From NCBI RefSeq assembly GCF_009834535.1, contig NC_045697.1, positions 104,348,001 through 104,412,000 on the forward strand: DNA of 64,000 bases, written 5' to 3'. Positions 27,421 through 40,693 of the stretch are shown one piece after another; within the stretch, counting starts at the first letter, position 1, and every line of letters begins with the position of its first letter. The stretch is from Camelus ferus (taxonomy: Eukaryota). The notes beneath the pieces were generated by a model, which was not told the origin of the DNA, did no database searches, and saw only the letters and a list, made by a program, of their open reading frames with translations. The position numbers and the translations under genes were made by a program.

Positions 27421-27570
27421 ATATGGGGCTTCTTTGGAGGTGAAATGTTCTAAAATTAGATTGTGGTGATGGTGGCACAACCCTGTCAATATCTCACCAT
27501 TGAATTGTACACTTTAAATAGATGAATTGTATGGCATGTGAGTTAAATCTCAATAAGGCTATTTTAAAAA
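27421..27570 (+). mobile_element. L1MB-type 3' end
   Basis: 'aaatgttctaaaattagattgtggtgatggt...ccattgaattgtacactttaaa...tctcaataa'. Confidence 0.85.
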
Positions 27571-27819
27571 GATGTATTGTGTCCAGATAGCATGAATTTT
27601 AATGATTATTTTAAGAGGTTGTGGATTATAGAATGAATTCTAATTCAGGCTTTGGAGTTAGACTGACCTAGGTTTGATTTGGGGGTTTTGGGGAGGGTGG
27701 GAAGGAACAGAATCACTTTCTTTCTCTACACAACAGCAGAGTGGAAAGAGGGGAGGAGGCAAAGGAAATGCATAACCCACCAACAAACCTCTCTAAGAAA
27801 ATCTTCACCACTCACATTT

Positions 27820-30360
27820 TTTTTTTCTTTTTATCTTTTGACCTCTTTGACCCATTTCTCCCACCAGCCCCCGCCCCATCTTCTGCCTCTGGCAATGACC
27901 AATCTGTTCTCTCTGTATCTATGAGCTTTTTTTTCCTTTTTTCTTTTTTTTTTTTTTTCTTTTTTAGATTCCACATTTAAGAGAGATCATACAGTACCTG
28001 TCTTTCTCTGTTTGACTTATTTCAGCCTAATTCCATCAAGGTCTCTGCTGTCGTAGGTGTCAAGATTTCATTATTTTTTATAGCTGAATAATATTCCATT
28101 GTATATCCAGGCACATCTTCTTTTATTGCATTTCTCAGATATTGAGTTTTTTACAAAGTAAAGGTTTGTAGGAACCCTGTGTCAAGCAAGCCTATCAGTG
28201 TCACTTTTCCAACAGCATTTGCTCACCTCATGTCTCTGTGTCATTTGGGGGTAATTTTCACAATAGTTTTGAACTTTTTAATTATTATTATAATATTTGT
28301 TATGGTGACCTCTGATCAGTAATCTTCGATATTACTTTTATAATTGTTTGGGCATTTTTTAGCAATGCAGTATTTTTTAAATTAAGGTATGTACTTTATT
28401 TTAGACAATGCTATTGCACACTTAATAGACTACAGTATAGTATAAATATAATTTCATATGCACTGTGAAACAAAAAATTCATATGACTTGCTTTATTGTG
28501 CTATTTGTTTTACTGCAGTGGTCTGAAACAAAACCTGCACTATCTCTGGGGTATGTCTGTTTATACCACAATTTCTTTATCCATTCATCAATCAATGTGC
28601 ATTTAGGTTGCTTCCATATCTTGGTTATCATAAATAATGCTGCAATGAACATTGGGGTGCATATATCTCTTCAAGTTAGTGTTTTGGGGATTTTTTTAGA
28701 TAAATATTCATAAGAGGAACTTCTGGACCATATGGTAGCTATATTTTTTTTTTAATTTTTTTGAAGAGCCTCCATACTGTTTTCTGTAGTGCTTACGCCA
28801 ATTTAGATTCCCATCAACAGTACCCAGGCCTTCCTTTTTCTTCACATCCTTGCCAACACTTGTTATTTCTTGTCTTTTTGATAATAGCCATTCTAATAGT
28901 GTGGTTTCATACAAATTTTAGGATTATTTTTCCTGCTTCTTTGAAAAGTGCTATTGGAAATTCGACACGGATTGCATTGAATCTGTAGATTGCTTTGGGT
29001 ATTATAGACATTTTAACAATATCAATTCTTCCAATGAATAAGCATGGACTATCTTTTCATTGATTTGTGTCTTCAGTTCCTTTCATTACTGTCTTACAGT
29101 TTTCGATATACAGGTCTTTCACCTCCTTGGTTAAATTTATTTCCAGGTATTATAGTCTTTTGATGCAGTTACAAATGGAATTGCTTCTTAAATTCTCTTT
29201 CTGATAGTTTGTTATTAGTGTACAGACATGCAATAGATTTTCATATATTGATTTTGTATTCTGGAACTTTACTGAATTCATTAGTTCTAACAGTTTTTTT
29301 GATGATGTCTTTAGGGTGTTCTATATATGATACAATATTATCTTCAAATAGTGATAGCTTTACTTCTTCTTTTTTTATTTCTTTTTCTTGACTAATTACT
29401 CTGGCTAGGACTTTCATTATTGCTGAATAAAAGTGGCAATAATGGATACACTTGTTTTGTTCCTGACCTTAAGAGAAGCTTCAACTTTTCACCATTGAGT
29501 ACAATGTTAGCTGTGGGCTTGTCATAGCTGGCCTTTATCATGTTGAGGTACATACCCTCTCTGCCCACAATTGAGAGTTTTTATCATAAATAGATGTTGA
29601 ATTTTGTCAAATGCTTTTTTATGCATCTATTGAGAAGATCATAAGAATTTTAGTCTTCATTTTGTTAATGTGGTGTATCAGATTGATCTGAGAATGTTGA
29701 ACTACTCTTGCAATCCTGGAATAAATCCTACTTAATAATTTGTATGATCAATATATTGTTGAATTTGTTTTGCTAATATTTTGTTGAGGGTTTTGCATCT
29801 ATTCTCTTTGGTGATATTGGCTTGTAATTTTATTTATCTATTTATTTGTAGGGTCCTTGTCAAGGTAATGCTGGTCTCATAAAATGAGTTTGGAAGATTT
29901 CCCTCCATTTTGTACTTTGGAAGAGATTGAGAAGGATTGGTATTAATTATTCTTTGAATGTCTGGTAGAATTCACTAGTGAAGCTCTCTGGTCTTGGACT
30001 TTGTTTGTTAGAAGGTTTTTGATTACTGGTTCAATCTCTTAACTAGTAATCAATCTATTCAGATTTTCAATTCCTCAGGATTCAGTTTTGATAGGTTGTA
30101 TGTTTCTAGAAATTTATCCATTTCTTCTAGATTGTCCAATTTGTTGGTACATAATTGTTCATAGTAGTCTCTTATGATCCTTTGTATTTCTGTGGTATAA
30201 GTTGAAACATCTCTTTCACTTCTAATTTTATTTATTTGAGTCCTCTCTCTTTCTTCCTGTGAGTCTTGTTAATTTTGTTTATTTCATTGATCTTCTCTAT
30301 TGTCTTCTTAGTCTATATTTCATTTATATTTCCACTCTAATATTTGCTATTTATTTCCTG
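27820..30360 (-). mobile_element. L1 (3' UTR plus ORF2 RT region, internally deleted near 28900), interrupted by Tigger1
   Basis: 'tagattccacatttaagagagatcatacagta', 'ttcacatccttgccaacacttg', 'ggattgcattgaatctgtagattgctttggg'. Confidence 0.9.
28108..28559 (+). mobile_element. Internally deleted Tigger1 derivative
   Basis: Both Tigger1 ends are present (CAGGCACATC...; ...CTCTGGGGTATGTCTG), joined near 28350. Confidence 0.9.
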
Positions 30361-30600
30361 TACATATTTAACATATAATTTAATGAATCTGGAGTTAAGT
30401 ATACACCTATGAACAATCGCCACAATCTATGCCATAAATATTTCCATCACCCCCAAAAGTTTCTTCCCATCCTCTTTATTTATTAATATTATTATTTTGT
30501 GTGATAAAAACACAACGTAAGATCTACCCTCTTAGCAAATATTCAAGTATACAATACAGCTTATTAACTATAGGCTCCATGCTATGCAGCATATTTCTAG
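30361..30600 (-). mobile_element. L1MA/MB 3' end
   Basis: 'agatctaccctcttagcaaatattcaagtatacaatacag...ttaactatagg'. Confidence 0.8.
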
Positions 30601-31885
30601 TTCTAAATCTAATTTCAACGGTCTTTTGGTTTCAAATTATTGCTTCCAATTAAAAGAAATTTCTGATACTAAGTACCTTATAAACTATAACAGGGTTTAT
30701 AATCTGTTAGAAACTAGGCAAATATACAGAAAATTAGAGTGACAGAAGTGGAGGGATATTATGATTTTTGCAAGGCCTAATTTAAGCAGTGTCTAAATAT
30801 TTAAACTTCTTAGAAATGTGCCTTCAACAGGATAAGAGGAAAAGATCACTGGTCTACTCTTTAAAAGAAGAAGAAGAAGAAAAAGAAAAAATGCCCTTAA
30901 AGTTTAATTGGAAAGAGAAGGATCATGTTGAAAAAGGAGTACTTTTCATATATATATATTCTAAGTAAAAAGGGGTATGATAAATCTGGTCAGAAGGATA
31001 AAATGTTCCCTTGAACATCCATGACATTTGGGGGCATCAAGTATCAACCAACAGATTTTGTTTGATTATTTGTGACTTTTGACTTAGAAAATATACTTTC
31101 CTTAAGAGCTGATAGATATTCCTTAGGAAACACAGTCTTTTGACATTTTCTCTACCATTTTTTGTTTTAATAAATGGGGAAGAAAACCAACACAGTAAAG
31201 TAATGCCAGGAAAAGACTTTATATTTTGGAAACACGGATGAGGGCAAAGATGCAAAAATGCCCCCAAAATTTAGATAAGGTATACCCTGCATTTCCAATA
31301 TCTACAATTTGTGTTTACACTGTGGCATAAATAAAAACATCTAGTCAGTGTGATGGTAAGATCCTTAACTTTCAGATGTTTTGAAGATATTTTTCTATTT
31401 TTAATCTTAAAATCAGGAATATGTCTACTTTCTTATTTAATTATAATCCATTTCCAAATAAATCCCACTTTTGGGAACTTGAGCTCGAGAGTATTATGTT
31501 CACAGTAAAATACTTAATTCCTCTCTTACTCTTTACAAGTCTCAAAAGATATAGATATAATAGTATATCTTAAAAGAAAAAAATGCATAAATAAACATAC
31601 AAATAATATCCCATAAGCATACAGCCCAATAGAAGTATTATCATTTTTATATATCACTTTCATTTTTTATAAATGCCTGGTTTTTATATTATTGTAATTA
31701 TCATATATATTTATATCAAATATTGTACCTTCTCTTTCCCATATAACATTATATGATATGGGTATTTTTCACATGTAAAACTATTATTAGAAGCATAACA
31801 TTCTACTACTTATTTGGGGTAGATATATTACCTCAAAATGTTTAACTTTGAACTTCTTTATGTATTTTCCAGATACTTTTCAGAT

Positions 31886-32440
31886 GTGGGAGTGGGATCC
31901 TACAACTACTGCAGCAAAAATGTGTAAATATCTTCTGGATCTACTACTGGGCTACCTCTACCTAGGTAAGTTTTTCTGCAGCCTCACAGATAATTAGTTC
32001 TGGGGAATGGTAGTAGTTAATATATCCCTCACACTAGCTTTGCCCAATAAGCCTGGGAATGTTTAAAACAAAGGACAAGCTCTTACACCAAGAAATGATG
32101 ATAAGAAATAGAAGTAACAGAAAAGGCTGTGTGATATACGTCACACACAGATGTGTGGACTGTGCGCAAGCTGGAAGACGGGATGGCACCAGCCTGGAAA
32201 ACACAGTCACACCCCTCATGTGAGTCCTTGAGGTTGGTGTTATGTACAGGTCCTGGCCTCAGTGGAACTCCCTCAATGTGCTGACTCTGGAAGGGCTTTC
32301 ATCAGGGTGTGTTTTCACTCCTTGGCTTGGCACACAGGCCCCTGAATCCCAGACTTGGGCTGAAAAATCTTGACCACAGGATTAGTCTCTCCCAGTTTCT
32401 GACTGCTAATATCCAGGTGGTTACACCACTATCTGCTACA
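31886..32440. mobile_element. Ancient LTR-like element (family uncertain)
   Basis: GC-richer ~550-bp block with TG...GCTACA ends inside old L1 sequence. Confidence 0.4.
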
Positions 32441-32894
32441 GTCTCTGCCTTCTGCAAATAGTTAGGTCATGATGTCAACATAGGCCAAAAGTGGGAGGAA
32501 AGATTTTAATTCAATGGAGGTTGACAATTTTTTTCCTTCTCTCTAGCTTTTTCCAGTGTTTACCATAAAGACATTTCCTGATCCCAGTGGGCTCCCTTTT
32601 TCCCACTGAATCATCACAAGCCTTTTCTGCCCACTCAGTTCTCCTAATCCACACTTTTTAAATGGTGCATTCTTGCACCGCTATAGTGTTACAGTAGATA
32701 ATCAAACGGCTAAGACTTTTTCCAAAAGAGATGCTCCAATCTGCACTGTCACCGGAAATGAGTGAGATTTTGTTTCACGACACTCTTGGTAACACAGACT
32801 TCTCTGAATTTTTCCCTCTTTTTATTTAACATCAACAAGTATTCTTAAGGATTCAACAGGGCCTCAAAATTCCTTCTGAAATTAATACACAGCA

Positions 32895-33130
32895 GCAATA
32901 ATAAAACCTATGAATTACAGAGTGTCAATTATACGTCTGGTGCTTAACATACACTTCTTCATTTATCTTTAAATAATCCTCCAAGTTAAACACTATTCTT
33001 CTCATTCAACCTATAAGGAAAGTGAGGATCCAAAAAAGTAACATATCCATAGCCTCAATGGGAAATGTGAGCGTGACTGAAACCTACATCTGTCTGAACG
33101 TAGTTACCTCAAAGCCACCTACATCATGCT
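32895..33130 (-). mobile_element. MIR SINE
   Basis: 'tattcttctcattcaacctataaggaaagtgagg...tgaaacctacatctgtctga'. Confidence 0.65.
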
Positions 33131-33446
33131 ATTTTAAAGCTACAGGGCTAAAAACCAGTGCATTTTTACTCATCATTCTTTTGTAGAATGACCTGCTCAT
33201 TATCACATTGTTCAAATGAAATTCCAAGGGTATAAATAATGAATTAAACTCTAGTTAATTAAACTCAACAACACCACTTTTTGTTCCCAACCACAAATCT
33301 GAACCTTACTTGTTCTTTGAAAAGCAGCCAGTTAATTAAGTTACACTTGATACTATTCCTGGACTATGAGGTATTCTTTTTTTTTAATTTTTGGAGGGGA
33401 CCTCCATGAAGATGTGATTCATCTATTTGCTTAGGTCTTTTGAGAT

Positions 33447-33952
33447 TGTAAATGAAAAATATTGCCTGCTATATCGGTAAACAAAGGATGCTGTGGCCAT
33501 CAAGTCATCAGCTGCTACCACCACCTTCAACAGTGAGCAGAAGGAACTCAGGATGGAGATAAGCAGGCAGTGGGTCCTCTGCCACCACCCCTAACGTTGC
33601 CCACTAAGGGAACTCAGGATGGGAAAGAACAGGATACTGGCCCTAGACAGCCAGGTGTATATCAAAGGAATGATTTCAATAAGCCCAGACCTTTGCACCT
33701 TCCCATACATAGAAAAGCACCAAGTTCCCTAACTTGAGACATCTGCTTTTCTTTAATTAACTAATTTTTTAATGTTCCGACTACCTGGTCTTTGTGGCAA
33801 ATCTCCTGTATATCCTGGCTCCTCCCCTGCCTCTTTGGAACAGTCTCTTAGAGGGATCTGAGAGGCTGCCCCTCAGACTTGAGTTCTCAGAAAGTCTGCT
33901 GAAAAAAATGTAACTCTCAACTTATAGGTTGTGTATTTTATTTCAGTTGACA
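33447..33952 (+). mobile_element. ERV1 solo LTR with internal duplication
   Basis: TGTAAATGAAA...TTTCAGTTGACA inverted ends, 4-bp TSD agat/aaat, duplicated 'ggaactcaggatgg'. Confidence 0.85.
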
Positions 33953-34597
33953 AAATTTTTGTAAAATCCCTAAGTAACAAGTTTTAAACCAAACTCTAGC
34001 CTTTTAGGACTCACAAAAGATTATTAGGGCAAAAATATGATTTCTTGGGGTTGAAATGGAGAAAGGAGAACTGTGTGCTACGGATTTGTAATACTTGATG
34101 CCAATTTTTTTCTGGATATGAAATCACTTACAAATAGTATTTCAATGATATCAGCTTAAATAAATTAGTCATTTATGTACCACATGGTAAAAATATTTCC
34201 ATGTCTACACCTTCCTAGGGACCCCAGTTTCATAACATCAACTTGTTTAACCTCAAAGAGTAGGAGACTATCACGGCTGTAGTTTTCATTGGCAAAGCAT
34301 TGGAATAGGCAGAGATTAAAATTCCTCATGAAGATAAAAACTGGAATAGACTGATAATCACACCCATATACTGGCTTCTAAAATCCATACCCAACCACAC
34401 AAATGCACACGCATAGAAAGTTTTAGCTTTACTCAATAAAAACATATATAGCCTTTATTAAAAAATGGTTGGAAATCATTAAATTAATTCAACTAGATTC
34501 ATAATAGTTGTGTTAAGATGGGTGGTCTTTTCTCACACTGCAGTATCTCTGAAATATAACATTACATCTGAAATTCCACTTAAAAAAAATCTTTATT

Positions 34598-34741
34598 GGG
34601 GGGAGGGTATAGCTCAATGGTAGAGGGCGTGCCTAGCATGCACGAGGTCCTGGGTTCCATCCTCAGTACCTCCTTTAAAAATAATAATAAAATAAAATAA
34701 AATAAGCCTAATTACCTTCCCCTCAAAAAAATTAAAGTGGT
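34598..34741 (+). mobile_element. tRNA-derived SINE (camelid vic-1-like)
   Basis: 'ggggagggtatagctcaatggtagag...gcatgcacgaggtcctgggttccatcc...agtacctcc' plus A-rich tail and degenerate TSD. Confidence 0.92.
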
Positions 34742-36479
34742 AAAAAAAACTTTACTAAGCTTCAAGTTTTTACTCAAAGATCATCAGCTTCTTGGATGTC
34801 CTTCCGTTTGCCTTTCTAATCCTCACTGTCCCCTGCTTCACATTCCAACAGAAATCATCTCTCCTTTCTGTGAACTCTGAAAGCTTATCAATATAACTCT
34901 TTTTTATAATAATTTAGCACACTACCTTAAACATTCAAGTGATTTATGTACACTTTTCACCTGCTGTGCTAGGCTACAACTGTCTTGAGGCTAGTACTTC
35001 TGCCCACTGAGAGTCTCCATCATTAAAATAATGATTAGGATAAATAGGTTGCTAATTTGAAAACCCAAGACTTTTTCAAAATTATAATTTTTACTCAACT
35101 GCAGAGGCTGAGGCCAAATATATCCTGGTGCTTTCCAGACTTACATTTCCACCTGGCTTCTTCTCCTTCTATATAAATGTAAAACTCTTAAGATTAAAAT
35201 CAACTCTTTTCCCCTTGCTGGTTAAAAACTGCACTGAAAACAATAATGAGGAGCAGAGACATGAACATCACTTCTACTCCTTCTTTACATTTGATTTGCT
35301 ATAATAACACTAAAATTAGATTAAACTGAGAGACAGAGAGATTGAGTCACACTGCCTGGAGTTATTTCCCTGAGGAACAGGGGCTCCTTCCCATTAGGTG
35401 ATCAAAAGCAAGAAGAAGGGGAAAAGGGATTCTTCACACTGGAGATTTAATTGAAACAGCAAGGCATGACCTACAGCAAAACAGCAATTAAACCCCCAAT
35501 GTCCAGTTCCTGCCCATTGCCCAGCAGTGGAGCGACTGTTGAGCTTCAATCCCCTTAAGGGAAGCCTGACTTTTGATGCTATTGTCTAGAAAACTGTTTC
35601 CCAGAAGACGACTCCCTTGAATTTGCCTTTGTTATGTTTAATTGCTTAAAATTCAATAACTTTTTATAATCTGTAAAAATACAGCGCCATCATTTGAAAT
35701 CTCATTTTTTTTAAAATGTCTTTCAGGAAAAGAACAAAGGGCTGCTCTTTTTTTCATATCAAAAAAGGTTCAGGACAAAATCATTACCTCCTTTAATAAT
35801 AAAAACATACAAAAAGGATTTTTTTTAAAAAAAACTCTGAACTGTGTAGTATGGACTAAATATACTCTTGGTACTTGCTATGCACCAGGGTTGATTCTGT
35901 TAGCAGAACATGCACTATGTAAGGATTATATCCATTTCCAATGCCAAGATACACATATTCATTCTGTTCTCTCATTGCTTGTAGCTTTTTCAAGTGTCAA
36001 ACTGTACAAAAAGAAGTCAAAGACAGCAAGGCTAAAATGTATTTATTTAAGACTTCCAGCATTTTACTAGGTTACTAGACTCTTTCTTCCCCTTCCTTTG
36101 GCAAAACTAGACTGTGAACATATAATTATTCATTAGTTTGTAAATATTTAGCAGTAACATAATTGTTTGACTACTTTCCTCCAGGGAAAAGTAAGAAGTC
36201 ACTTAAAGTGTATGATTTAAACCAAGTCATTCCTAATTTATCATAAGGAAACATCTACATATTATTTACTATTGGGGATGGGGTTTTTTCTCTTAAGTAA
36301 ATTGACATTTAATCAATTATTTCTTCAATTAAGTCTGCTCATCCTTTAATTAAAACAGGTGACAAAGAATGGATCTATGGTGGTGAGGCTAGATTTTTTT
36401 TTTTAAAGGAAAGGAGAAAAAGAGAAGAAAGGAAGAGGAAAAAGTAAGGAAGAAAAAAACCTAAATAATATTTATTAAA

Positions 36480-36690
36480 TTTTTAGCATTATGCTAGGAA
36501 TTGACACCCAGACGCCTCATTTTTGCACTGACATGCACCTTGTGAAGAAGGATTAGGACTCTCCCATTTCTCAAATACGGATGAGGCCCTGGAGAGTAAG
36601 TCACTTGCTTAGAGCCTCAGAACCAGTAATTGGAGGAGCTGGGTTTGGAACCAACTCTATGTGTTGCCAGAGAACATTTCTATTCTTCAG
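36480..36690 (-). mobile_element. MIR SINE
   Basis: 'ctcccatttctcaaat...gagtaagtcacttgc...ggagctgggtttggaacc'. Confidence 0.7.
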
Positions 36691-37454
36691 TGTGCTGGCT
36701 TGAACGTGACCTAAAAATACAGCACCAGCAAATTTTTTTAGCTTAATTATATGGATTGTTAAATAAAAGCTTTTGCCAATTAAAAGATCTCTAGTTCTAA
36801 TTATTAATAACTAGTAATCATTGAATGGCATGTGTCCCCCTGTCTCTGCGTTTTGATGATAAGTGACAAAAGTAAACGCTGCCTGAACTTCTACCCAACA
36901 TATGACTTAAGATGTTCCTGTGATTCAGAATAGAATTCAATCAATACTGAATGGTACCAAGTGGAAAGTTTTAATCACAAGGAAATTTTCCAAATGGAAA
37001 GTTTAAACTACAAGTAGGCAGAAGTCTGAAAAGATGACATCTTGTCCTTTGCTTTTGAAGAAGATCCTAAATATACCCAAAATCATTTCAAATTCTACTC
37101 TCTATTGTATAGAGTAGGAATGGAGCAGCAATATTAGAAGCATGTGTTAAAAAGTAAGAAAATCAAGGTGCCCATCTTGAATACCTTGGAGAATACAAAG
37201 CTTCACCACTATAAATTATTAAAAGAATGAAATAAATGCATGAATAAGGCAAAGTTCTGAATCCTTGGGCAGATCAATTTTAAATTAGTTCAGGAAGGGT
37301 CTTGACACCTGCCTGATTGAATGGTTTAAAGAATGATTTGAAGCATTCAACTACTGGTGGATATCATTGTTGTTTTCCAAGCATGTTCACAAGTTATCCA
37401 TTTGGCTTAAATTTTTCAACTGCCAAAGAAGTATTCAATCTAAGACCTTGTGTT

Positions 37455-38468
37455 AAATTTGTGACTTTGTTATGTCTTTTCAGCACATCCATCACACTTC
37501 TGATAATGGAAGCCTACTACCCTTTGGAAAGTCCATTTCTCGTGATTCAGGTGGGATGAACCTGCCCGTGGCCACATGGTGATCCTATGACTCACAGCTA
37601 GCCAATCAGAATACTCCATCCCTATCCCAACCACAATGATTGGACGACTATACAACCTAATGAAAGCTAGTCAGATTTGGGATTTGATATAATCCTGTTG
37701 TAAGTGAGTCTCTCTTCCTTTTAATCAAAATTAAAAAGGATATCCTTGGGGCTTCCATTCCTCTCATATTGAGAACCTGACTGCCTGAGCAATAAACCAA
37801 TAGGAAAACAGGGCAAAGAAATAGAGAAACAAAGCTCTAACGACACTACTGAAACCCTGAATCTACCTGTACCTTAAGTAGAACCATCCTTCACTGGATG
37901 ACGACAGAGTCTAAAATATCCCCCTTATTTTGCTTAAGGTGTGATTAGAGCTTTAATGCCACTCTGCATCCAGTCTACCTAGAATCATATCTTGGCTTTG
38001 CCACTTAGAGTTGTGTGACTTTGAGCAAGTTATATTACCTATGACTCGCTGTCCTCATCTGTAAACCCATCTCATAGGAATTTTTTTGAGTTAATAGAGG
38101 TTATTAAAAACCTGGTACACATTAAGTACTGTATAACCCATTAATATTATTACTCCAATATCATGAAGAAGAAATGATTAATTGGAGCATTTAAAATAGA
38201 ACCAATCCAAACAGCATGTAGAATTTTTTCTCTGCTGAGAAGCTGATATCTACTTACCTTAAGACATTTATTTATTTTCAAAAATTGGATCCTGATATTA
38301 TTTGCAAATGTTAAGATGGGGTTTAAAATATATAACAACTAATTCCCAAACATTTATAAATCTCTCAAGATTTGGCTCTGGGTGCATTACACAATTTAAA
38401 AAAAAAAAAAAAAAGGTAACTTGAGTTGGAGTTCTGCCACTTGCAACCAATAGATTCCTAACTAATCA
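37455..38468 (+). mobile_element. MaLR MLT1 (K/L-like) LTR split by an insertion at 37941-38412
   Basis: 'gccaatcagaatactccatcc...tgattgg' and the terminus 'tttgcttaag|gtaacttgagttggagttctgccacttgcaacc...cctaactaat'. Confidence 0.75.
37941..38414 (+). other. Poly(A)-tailed retroposed insert (MIR fragment plus unique sequence)
   Basis: A17 tail at 38398-38414, AAGGT direct repeats at 37936-37940 and 38413-38417, TT/AA insertion site; the LTR resumes after the tail. Confidence 0.6.
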
Positions 38469-38729
38469 AAGTGTGATATTATTTTCTAAGTCAGTCCCAG
38501 CTACTGTGTAGTATCTCTTTTTACTTTCAGTCAACCATCAGATAATATGAAGCAAAACCAAATGAAATGGCCAGAACCATTAGGGATAGCTCAATTTTCT
38601 TTTCAGTAATACTTCTAAGAGCCTAAAAAGAAAACCAGTGTTCAATTTAATTAAATCACACTATCACAGTAACTGTGGTTTCCTACACAGCACTCAGTTA
38701 AATTCATGCAAGTTCTGTATCATAAAACT

Positions 38730-38890
38730 TTGAAATTTAAAAAAAAAAAGGATCTTGGAGGATCCCTTCCTCTGTCATCATTTTAGAATAAGAAATCTGA
38801 AGTCTGACAATATTAAGTGCATTGTCCAAGATCATACAGCGAGTTAGTAACAATGTTGGAATGAAACCAAAGTCTGCATCCATAATTTAC
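38730..38890 (-). mobile_element. MIR (MIR3-like) SINE
   Basis: 'catcattttagaataagaaatctgaag...tccaagatcatacagcgagttagt'. Confidence 0.7.
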
Positions 38891-38959
38891 TAGAACTTAT
38901 AAGATTAGACCTATTACAGTATTCACATTATTCTGAGATGAAATGACTAGAGATCTTAC

Positions 38960-39051
38960 CAGAATATTATCATTTAAAAAATAGGATATCAGCTTCGTAA
39001 AACATACAAGTGATCCTGCTTATACACCCATTAGGGTATCCATTAATTCTT
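38960..39051 (-). other. Candidate 92-nt non-coding exon
   Basis: Acceptor 'ggctcatttagtacattctcatttcag|', donor 'CTG|gtaaga'; stop codons in all three frames. Confidence 0.35.
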
Positions 39052-40406
39052 CTGAAATGAGAATGTACTAAATGAGCCAAAATTCCATTAAAAACAATGA
39101 TAAATGACATGAAATGATTTCTTTGTAATGCTATTTTTTTAAACAAGTAACTACTAGATAGCAAAAGGTAAAAATAATGATATTTGAATGGGAAGTAGCA
39201 AATTCTACTAGATGTGAAAGCTGAACTATAACCTGAGTGAAAAAAAAAATGCTGATTAAAAAAAGGTTTTCTTTTGGGTAAGGATGGCTTCAGCATTCTT
39301 CCTCTGAGTTGATAGGCCAGATCTGATAATAACTAAATTCCAAAACCCAGACAATACACTTCAGGATTCTAACAATCAAACAGCCTTATGACCAAGTTAT
39401 TAGATGTCCCTGGTTGGATCAGATTTTTTTCTTCATACCTTTAATTATTTTAGGGATTAAAAATTAAAAAAAAATATTTTTAAAAAGTGGAGTCCTCCTA
39501 TTACTGCTCCAGTAGGCATAATTACTGTAAAATGTTTAGTATGCATTTGTGGATTTTTAAACTCTCTAATCTTCAGCCAAGAAATTCTATCAAACCAAAA
39601 GTGAGCTAAGTATCTTCTTTTGGAATTGTCACATAGAGAATAAATGTGTAACCCCAGAAGGTAAACAAAGAAATGACCCAAATTGTCCACAAGCAAATTA
39701 AAGAATGTCAATGGAAGGAGAATTTTAAAAATTAAATTAATACCTATTTAAATACCTCTCCTCCAGCAATTTTTTAAACTATTTAAAATATTTTATTAAG
39801 ATATAGTTAATGTTAATGATTAATAGTCACAATCTATTTCTAGTAGGGTAAACTAGCTCAAAATGAGTTATTTTTGCTTTACATTTGCAAAAAAATAAGT
39901 GTAATTTCATAATAAAATGATGCTACACTTTTTTAAAATGCATCTCAAATAGCCAGATTTTGAAAGTAAAATATTGAACATATTGCCTATAGGATTATAA
40001 TGACTACAGGTCCAAATAATGATTTTTTTAAATCATAATCACAAAAGTTTCTCTATCAGTAAGTTACTTGCTGCTATAATGATTAATCAGCATTTGTAAG
40101 ATGGCTAGATTAGGCTCTTTCTTAAGTTCTGGCTAGGACTCTCCTAGCAGGCAGACACAAATGCTGTCCCCAGAAATCAGCCTGTTTTCCAGTTTCCCTG
40201 CTTGGCCCCCTCCCTCCCTCCTGTTGGGCTAATGAATCATCTCCTCACTCTAGTTCCTATCTGGCCTTCTTTGCCTCTAATTCGCAGGAAGTTTACAAAT
40301 ACTATTCATACCTTCAGAAGACACACAGAGACTTTCCACACGTTTATACCTTCAACTCTCTCCTTATAGAATGACAACCATTTAATCTAATGACTGTTCT
40401 ACTCAC

Positions 40407-40693
40407 CAGGTTGGTAGAGGAAAGATGGTAAAAGTGGCTATTTCAGTGTGTCCTGGGTACAGGTTCTTCTTACTGGTTATGACCATTGCTCTTCATGTGC
40501 AAAACAACATGCTCTACATAACCCTGCTGCTTTTGACATACTTCTTCCCAGGGCCCTGCACCTAGGGAAACCACCCTGCCTCCTTCCCACTCAGAATCTC
40601 ATTGCTGTAGCCTTCCAAGGTTCTGTAGACCGTGGGGTGCGTAGGGTCAGCAAGACTGTAGGACGATTGCTTATTGTTACAGGGGGCCCTAAA
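40407..40693 (-). other. Candidate 287-nt non-coding exon
   Basis: Acceptor 'ctcccctctttcgattatctttatttattgcag|', donor 'CTG|gtgagt'; GC raised relative to flanks. Confidence 0.35.

Noticed and set aside
34598..34672. tRNA-Ala-like sequence (also at 27286 and 44588)
   Set aside because: A-rich tails, TSDs and broken stems show these are SINEs, not tRNA genes.
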